29,595 nucleotides of DNA from Bdellovibrionota bacterium (GTDB lineage Bacteria; Bdellovibrionota_C; UBA2361; JBIKWN01). Position numbers and translations under genes: made by a program. The DNA lies in contig JBIKWN010000031.1 in assembly GCA_044356295.1 (NCBI GenBank), positions 1-29,595 on the forward strand. Direction: 5' to 3'. Below are positions 24,057 through 29,595 of the stretch, piece after piece (the stretch's first letter is position 1; each line of letters starts with the position of its first letter). The notes beneath the pieces were generated by a model that worked only from the letters and a program-made list of their open reading frames with translations, had not been told where the DNA came from and ran no database searches.

Positions 24057-25855
24057 TACTTTTCTACTTTTGGAGGCACAGGTTTAAGCTGAATATGAAG
24101 TTCATTTAACTGCTTAAAGTTTACTGTACTCGGCGCACCCATCATCAGATCTTCTACGGTTTGTGCCATTGGGAATGCAATCACGTCTCGTATCATATCT
24201 TTTTGAGCGAGAAGCATAACAATTCGGTCTACACCAGGGGCCATACCTCCGTGAGGTGGAGCGCCGAATTTAAATGCTTTAATCATGCCACCAAATTTTT
24301 CATCAACTGTTTCTTTTGAGTATCCAGCAATTTCAAATGCTTTATACATAATCTCTGGTGAATGGTTTCTAATTGCTCCGCTACTCAGTTCATAACCATT
24401 ACATACAATATCGTATTGATATGCATGAATCGTAAGAGGATCTTGGTTCTGCAACGCTTCCATACCACCTTGCGGCATAGAAAATGGATTGTGACTAAAC
24501 ACAATTTCACCAGTAATCTCGTCTCGTTCATACATTGGATAATCTGTAATCCAGCAAAATTTAAATCCTTTCTCTGCTAAACCGAAATCATTTCCAGTTT
24601 TCACACGAAGTTTTCCTAGTGAAGGAAGGATCTTTTCATGCCCCCCTGCTCCAAAAAATATTACGGTATCGCCTGAAACTTCAAATTTCTGGCGAAGTGC
24701 ACTGACTTCTTCTTCTTTAAAGAATTTAGCGATCGTTCCTTTGACTTCACCACCTTGGATGATTAAATAACCAAGTCCCGTTCCACTGATTCCTTTGAAG
24801 AAATCAATTGTATCATCAAAATATTTACGAGATGGAACAGTGGCATTGGAAACTCCAATTGCAAAAACACCTCCACCCATATCGAGTTCATTTCGAAAAA
24901 CTTTAAACTCGGTATCTTTCAATATATCTGAAACATTCTGAATTTTAAGTGGCACTCTTAGATCAGGTTTATCATTTCCATACCATGCAACCGAATCATT
25001 ATATTTAATCCTAGGAAACGGTGGCGGCGTTACATCCATCTGAGTAAAGCGAGTAAACAACGAATGCATCAAGGTCTCACCAACTTGAAAAACATCCTCT
25101 TGCTCAACAAAACTCATCTCCATATCACATTGATAGAACTCACCCGGAGATCTATCAGCTCTTGGATCTTCATCCCGAAAACATGGAGCAATCTGAAAAT
25201 ATCTATCAAATCCTGAAACCATCAACAGTTGTTTAAACTGCTGCGGCGCCTGCGGAAGTGCAAAAAACTTACCTGGATGAAACCGAGAAGGAACAAGAAA
25301 ATCCCTCGCACCTTCAGGCGAAGAACTTGTAAGTATCGGCGTTTGAAACTCAGTAAAGCCAAGCCCCTGCATAATCTCTCGGATACTCGATATTACTTTT
25401 GAACGGAGCAAAATGTTTGTATGCAATTCATCACGGCGAAGTTCAAGAAACCGGTACTGTAATCTTTGACTCTCAGGCGCAGAGTCTGGATCAGCAATAG
25501 TAAAGGGAAGAACATCTGCTGTTGAATGGATATTAAAAGAAGATACTTTTACTTCTATCATTCCAGTAGGAATTTTATCATTTACTAATGTTGAATCTCG
25601 CTTCACCACAGTTCCATGAACTTCGATGACTGATTCAACTCTTACAGCATTTAATTTTTCTGCTATAGAAGCATCTGCAAGAACTTGAGTAACACCGTAA
25701 TTATCACGAAGGTCAATAAAGACGATTCCACCGTGGTCTCGTTTACGGTGAACCCAACCTGAAAGGATTACATTTTTTCCGTCATCTTCGGCTCGAAGTT
25801 CATGACAGAGGTGTGTGCGATATTTTGATTTTAATTTGGATAGGGTGGAACTCAT
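24056..25855 (-). CDS. aspS: aspartate--tRNA ligase
   Basis: YRTH.C, GWVHRKRDHGG, PEGARDF, LPQAPQQFKQLLM, CFRDED.RADR, HNPF, GAPPHGG.A.G.DR. Confidence 0.97.
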   Translation of the reverse strand: MSSTLSKLKSKYRTHLCHELRAEDDGKNVILSGWVHRKRDHGGIVFIDLRDNYGVTQVLADASIAEKLNAVRVESVIEVHGTVVKRDSTLVNDKIPTGMIEVKVSSFNIHSTADVLPFTIADPDSAPESQRLQYRFLELRRDELHTNILLRSKVISSIREIMQGLGFTEFQTPILTSSSPEGARDFLVPSRFHPGKFFALPQAPQQFKQLLMVSGFDRYFQIAPCFRDEDPRADRSPGEFYQCDMEMSFVEQEDVFQVGETLMHSLFTRFTQMDVTPPPFPRIKYNDSVAWYGNDKPDLRVPLKIQNVSDILKDTEFKVFRNELDMGGGVFAIGVSNATVPSRKYFDDTIDFFKGISGTGLGYLIIQGGEVKGTIAKFFKEEEVSALRQKFEVSGDTVIFFGAGGHEKILPSLGKLRVKTGNDFGLAEKGFKFCWITDYPMYERDEITGEIVFSHNPFSMPQGGMEALQNQDPLTIHAYQYDIVCNGYELSSGAIRNHSPEIMYKAFEIAGYSKETVDEKFGGMIKAFKFGAPPHGGMAPGVDRIVMLLAQKDMIRDVIAFPMAQTVEDLMMGAPSTVNFKQLNELHIQLKPVPPKVEK

Positions 25856-25885
25856 CCCAAGAGCCTAACAGAAAATCTTGGGTGG

Positions 25886-25921
25886 ATAAATTAGAGCTTT
25901 TATCAAAAAGCTCTAATTTAT
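25886..25921. repeat. perfect 16-bp inverted repeat (possible terminator or mRNA-stabilising hairpin)
   Basis: ATAAATTAGAGCTTTT-atca-AAAAGCTCTAATTTAT in the intergenic region upstream of aspS. Confidence 0.6.
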
Positions 25922-25954
25922 TGATAAAAAACAACGTATCTCTAGTTTTTCAGA

Positions 25955-26560
25955 TTAGGCACCTTTTAAGTACTTCTCGAGATCGTCGATTTTCATTGCT
26001 TCTATAGCCGCTTTGAGATCCTCTGTTTTAACAGCTCCTTTACCTTCAACGTTGAGCATCGAACCGCCATCAAGGAAAAGTGTTAATTTTGGCTCACTTC
26101 CAGTTGAATCAAGCTGTGCAGTGCGACCATTAATTCGCACAGATTCAATACCATTTTGACCACCAAACATTGCTGCCATTGAACCTAACTGCGCCAAACC
26201 TCCAAGCGCTCCACCTGCAGCTGACCCAAGATTAGTAAGAGCGATTTGAAAACCGTCCTTACCTTTCATATAGGTTCGCTCAATATTTGTCATGCCAAGG
26301 GCGCCACCCGTATTAATCTTTGAACCAGTAAATCCATTCAAAGAATCAGGGAAGAATGTTTCTATTTTTTTAGCGTTTAGTTTTTCAATTTCTTTTGAAG
26401 CCCATTTCAGCTCTTCAAGCGCCTTAGAATAATCTCCAGATGAAACAAGAGTTTTCACCTTAGTAAAGATAGGATCGAGTTCTTCGGCTCGAACCACTTG
26501 AGAGCACAGTAATGTTGCAGCCAAAATTCCTACAGAAGTAATATTTAAAATAGTTTTCAT
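25955..26560 (-). CDS. exported hypothetical protein
   Basis: 201 aa; signal peptide ending VRA; no family recognised; co-oriented with neighbours. Confidence 0.75.
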   Translation of the reverse strand: MKTILNITSVGILAATLLCSQVVRAEELDPIFTKVKTLVSSGDYSKALEELKWASKEIEKLNAKKIETFFPDSLNGFTGSKINTGGALGMTNIERTYMKGKDGFQIALTNLGSAAGGALGGLAQLGSMAAMFGGQNGIESVRINGRTAQLDSTGSEPKLTLFLDGGSMLNVEGKGAVKTEDLKAAIEAMKIDDLEKYLKGA

Positions 26561-26611
26561 ATAATTAAGTAATCCTAATAAAACGATAAAGTTTAAAAAC
26601 TAATGAGCCTA

Positions 26612-27130
26612 TTACAGCAATTCTCTTACTTTCTTAAGTACTGCTTCATATTGGGGCTCTTCCGCCAATTCTTTAACATACTCAACATGCTGAATGATTC
26701 CATTTTTGTCGGCAACAAATACTGATCGTGCCAGAAGTCCCATTGCTGTTATATAAGCTCCAAAACTCGTACCAAGCTCTTTTGTGTTTCGATATGAACT
26801 TGCAGTAACAACATTTGTTGCCCCTTCTGCGGCACACCATCTACTTTGAGCAAATGGTAAATCTGCGCTTATAGTGACAAAGGAGGCTGTCCCAATAAAC
26901 TCATTAACTTCCTTATTGAATCGCGCAGTCTCAATTGCACACACAGGCGTATCAAGACTTGGAATTAGCGAAACGATGACTGGTTTACCAGCGAAAGTAT
27001 CAGCCGTAATCGGAGACATATCATTTCCAGTTACTGTAAAAGATGGAAGTTTATCGCCGATTTTTAGTTCGGCTCCCTCTACAGGCATAGGATTACTTTT
27101 GAAGGTGAGATTTTTATTTGTATTATTCAT
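26612..27130 (-). CDS. tpx: thiol peroxidase (atypical 2-Cys peroxiredoxin)
   Basis: PSLDTPVC, ISADLPFAQSRWC, GLLARSVFV, EP.YE. Confidence 0.95.
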   Translation of the reverse strand: MNNTNKNLTFKSNPMPVEGAELKIGDKLPSFTVTGNDMSPITADTFAGKPVIVSLIPSLDTPVCAIETARFNKEVNEFIGTASFVTISADLPFAQSRWCAAEGATNVVTASSYRNTKELGTSFGAYITAMGLLARSVFVADKNGIIQHVEYVKELAEEPQYEAVLKKVRELL

Positions 27131-27151
27131 AAGGCAACTTTACCCCGCAGT

Positions 27152-28231
27152 TTAAGCAGAAATCAAGGAAAGAACACCAGTCGCTACCACATGAGCAGCA
27201 TCTTGATGAGCTACTTTTTGAGGAAGACTAACCATTTCGTTATAGCGGTCAATATTCATCAGATTTGATATCTCTGTGACTATTCTATCTTGAAAGCGCT
27301 CTCCTTCAGGACAAAGAACTGCTTTTCCTATTTCAACCAATGTATTTGCATTTTTCGTTTGATGATCTGCCTGTGCAAACGGAAACGGTACAAAAATGAC
27401 AGGTTTATTAACCACGGAAAGCTCACTAACTGATCCAGCTCCACTTCGGCTCACAATAATATCAGCCCATGTATATGAGCTAATAACATCATCAATAAAA
27501 CTAACAACAGAATAATCAGAAAGTCCCTTTTCTTGGTAACTAGCTTTAACCTGCTCTAGATTTTGCGGACGACACTGATGAACTACTGAAAGATTCTCGA
27601 GTTTTGCAAACCCAGCAATCACCTCTGCTGCATCATCCAAACTTTGAGCTCCCTGGGAACCACCCAAGATTAAAATATTTTTAGGCTTACTTGTAATTGC
27701 AGTGGATCGTTTTGCAGTTTCTAATCCTTGACGCACAGGATGTCCTGTAAATGTTTTTTCAATCATGCTTGGGAATGTACATTCGTTAAAGGCAACTGAG
27801 ATTTTTTGACTAAAAAAACTCAGGAATAAATTTGCCATTCCTGGTTTAATCTCTGCTTCATGAATCCAAGAAGGAATTCCAAAAAACCAGGCACCACATA
27901 CTGGAAATGCAGTAACGTATCCTCCTACGCCAACAACAGCTGAAGGTTTATATTTTAAAAATAGTTTTATTGTTTTAACTATTGATTTAGGAAAACTGAT
28001 CAGAAATTCTACTACGCCTTTTAGGCCACGGTTTTTCAAACCTACTGTTGGAATAATTTCATACTGAAGATCCCAATCAGTGTACAATTTCTTTTCAAGT
28101 GGGCGTCCTGCCCCAATTGCAATAATGTTTGCTGTCGGCTCTAACTTTTTTATTGCTTGAGCAATATAGATCGCAGGGAAAAGATGCCCCCCTGTACCAC
28201 CAGCTGCTATGAAGATTGTTTTTTTCGCCAC
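27152..28231 (-). CDS. murG: undecaprenyldiphospho-muramoylpentapeptide beta-N-acetylglucosaminyltransferase
   Basis: AGGTGGHLFP, GGYV, HE, TGHPVR, GGSQGA, RSGA.SVSE, DHQTKNA. Confidence 0.96.
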   Translation of the reverse strand: MAKKTIFIAAGGTGGHLFPAIYIAQAIKKLEPTANIIAIGAGRPLEKKLYTDWDLQYEIIPTVGLKNRGLKGVVEFLISFPKSIVKTIKLFLKYKPSAVVGVGGYVTAFPVCGAWFFGIPSWIHEAEIKPGMANLFLSFFSQKISVAFNECTFPSMIEKTFTGHPVRQGLETAKRSTAITSKPKNILILGGSQGAQSLDDAAEVIAGFAKLENLSVVHQCRPQNLEQVKASYQEKGLSDYSVVSFIDDVISSYTWADIIVSRSGAGSVSELSVVNKPVIFVPFPFAQADHQTKNANTLVEIGKAVLCPEGERFQDRIVTEISNLMNIDRYNEMVSLPQKVAHQDAAHVVATGVLSLISA

Positions 28232-29379
28232 CGTACTATTGAAATAATGATCCCGATTCCTGAAAGAGTTGCCATGATACTAGAACCGCCGTATCCCACC
28301 AGTGGGAGAACCATTCCTTTTGTCGGAAGTAACCCTGTAACAACCCCTGCATTAAGCATTGCTGGAAATACAACTAAAAGAGTAAGTCCGAGTGTTAGTG
28401 AGAAAGCGAACGTATCGGATGCAACCTTCCCTGCTAGATAAATACCTCGTGCTAAGAAAACCAGGAAAACACACATAAGTATCATACAGCCAATCAGGCC
28501 AAGCTCTTCACCAACTACTGCAAAGATAAAATCAGTATGCGCTGCAGGTAAAAAGAAAAGCTTCTGCTGACTTTCGCCAAGCCCCACCCCGGTTAATTTT
28601 CCAGAACCAACAGCAATTAAAGATTGAATCAATTGATAACCACTGCCACTTGGATCTGCCCATGGTTGGAGAAAACTCGTGACACGTTTCATCCTATACG
28701 GTGAAAAAAGTATGAGGAGCACAGCTGGAACTAAGAAAGCAGCTCCCATCAGTGCAAGATGCTTGATTTTTGCTCCAGAGGTTCCAATCATCACCAAAGT
28801 AATCAAACAAAGAATAGCAGAACTTCCAAAATCTGGTTGCTTCAAGAATAACGCACAGATTCCACCAACCAACATGAAAGGTTTCAAAATTCCAGATACG
28901 AATCCAGAAAGATTTAATTCATTACGTGCAAGGTATCCAGCGAGGTAAACAATAAACCCGAGCTTTACAAACTCACCTGGTTGAAAACGAATTATTCCTA
29001 AGTTAATCCAACGTTGCGCTCCACCGGCTCGGTCCCCTATCCCAGGAAGATAGGTAACAAGTAACAAAGATAAACATACTATATATAGATATGGCGTTGC
29101 TTTTTTAATCAACTCCATAGGAATACGAGAGAAAGAAAAAAGCAGAATAAACCCAATCAGTGCAGAGATCGCTTGACGTTTTACATAAAAGTAAGGATCT
29201 CCAAATTTTTCTTGCGCCACGACTCCAGTGGTCGAATACACCATCACTAAACTAAATGAGATTAAAAGCAGTGCAAGAATTAGTAAAACAGGTTCAGAGG
29301 CAGTAATGCCGTGCTGTTTTTTTGGAGCATTTTTTTTTACACCGTACGTAAAAAGAGAGTCTTGAATTGCGCGAGCCAT
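28207..29379 (-). CDS. ftsW: peptidoglycan polymerase FtsW (SEDS family)
   Basis: GAQRWI, FQPGEFVK, QPDFGS, GYQLIQS, LPAAHTDFIF, LPTKG.VLP..GYGGSS; directly upstream of murG. Confidence 0.94.
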   Translation of the reverse strand: MARAIQDSLFTYGVKKNAPKKQHGITASEPVLLILALLLISFSLVMVYSTTGVVAQEKFGDPYFYVKRQAISALIGFILLFSFSRIPMELIKKATPYLYIVCLSLLLVTYLPGIGDRAGGAQRWINLGIIRFQPGEFVKLGFIVYLAGYLARNELNLSGFVSGILKPFMLVGGICALFLKQPDFGSSAILCLITLVMIGTSGAKIKHLALMGAAFLVPAVLLILFSPYRMKRVTSFLQPWADPSGSGYQLIQSLIAVGSGKLTGVGLGESQQKLFFLPAAHTDFIFAVVGEELGLIGCMILMCVFLVFLARGIYLAGKVASDTFAFSLTLGLTLLVVFPAMLNAGVVTGLLPTKGMVLPLVGYGGSSIMATLSGIGIIISIVRWRKKQSS

Positions 29380-29461
29380 ACCATCGATATGAAACCACAG
29401 AAATAAAAGAATACGCCACCCCTTAATCTAATCTTGATCCATCAAATTATTCACCCAACTC

Positions 29462-29581
29462 CCGTGACCCTGAGCGTAGGCGTGAGCGTGAGCGAAATTG
29501 AGATCCTTTTTGTAACGCGAAGGTCGCGAAGTACGCGAAGGATTAAATTAAGTACGTAGCGGAAGTAGCGAACGTAGCGTT
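29462..29581. repeat. REP-like repeat cluster
   Basis: Short CGTGAG-type 6-mers at 29462-29494, the 33-bp repeat at 29512-29544, and a degenerate GTAGCG x3 unit at about 29550-29581. Confidence 0.75.
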
Positions 29582-29595
29582 TAAAAAAGGTTCAA

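Noticed and set aside
1494..28948. Numerous 60-110-aa ORFs nested in or antisense to pepF, nuo, the HelD-like gene, aspS, tpx and ftsW
   Set aside because: They overlap well-supported genes and show no recognisable motifs.
1..29595. Whole window as one mobile element bounded by 33-bp inverted repeats
   Set aside because: Contents are core genes (nuo, aspS, murG, ftsW) with no mobility genes. A dispersed repeat at contig breaks is the simpler explanation.

Overview
Low-GC bacterial chromosomal segment, mostly housekeeping. Gene style suggests a Gram-negative deltaproteobacterial/Bdellovibrionota-like lineage, which is inference only. In order it holds: a FlgM-like small protein, oligoendopeptidase F, a small secreted DxDGN-repeat protein, a complex I operon nuoC-D-E-F-G-H-J-K-L-M-N (no nuoA, nuoB or nuoI), an atypical receiver protein, a HelD-like ATPase, a GlnE/GlnD-like nucleotidyltransferase, tRNA-Leu(TAA), a YdfG-like SDR, two divergent Cys-rich secreted paralogs, an inositol monophosphatase-family enzyme, aspS, an exported hypothetical protein, tpx, murG and ftsW. 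Both window ends carry the same 33-bp REP-like repeat. The most unusual region is 20520-21300, between the tRNA and the SDR. It holds two diverged tandem units of about 370-385 bp. Each unit has a conserved sigma70-type promoter and a 240-254-nt highly structured minus-strand RNA with a terminal helix, G-U-supported stems and a terminator-like hairpin. Each RNA runs directly into a copy of a site inside the SDR gene, and one copy extends into a displaced, diverged SDR 3' end. No partner protein is encoded nearby. This is a candidate undescribed ncRNA or non-autonomous site-specific element.
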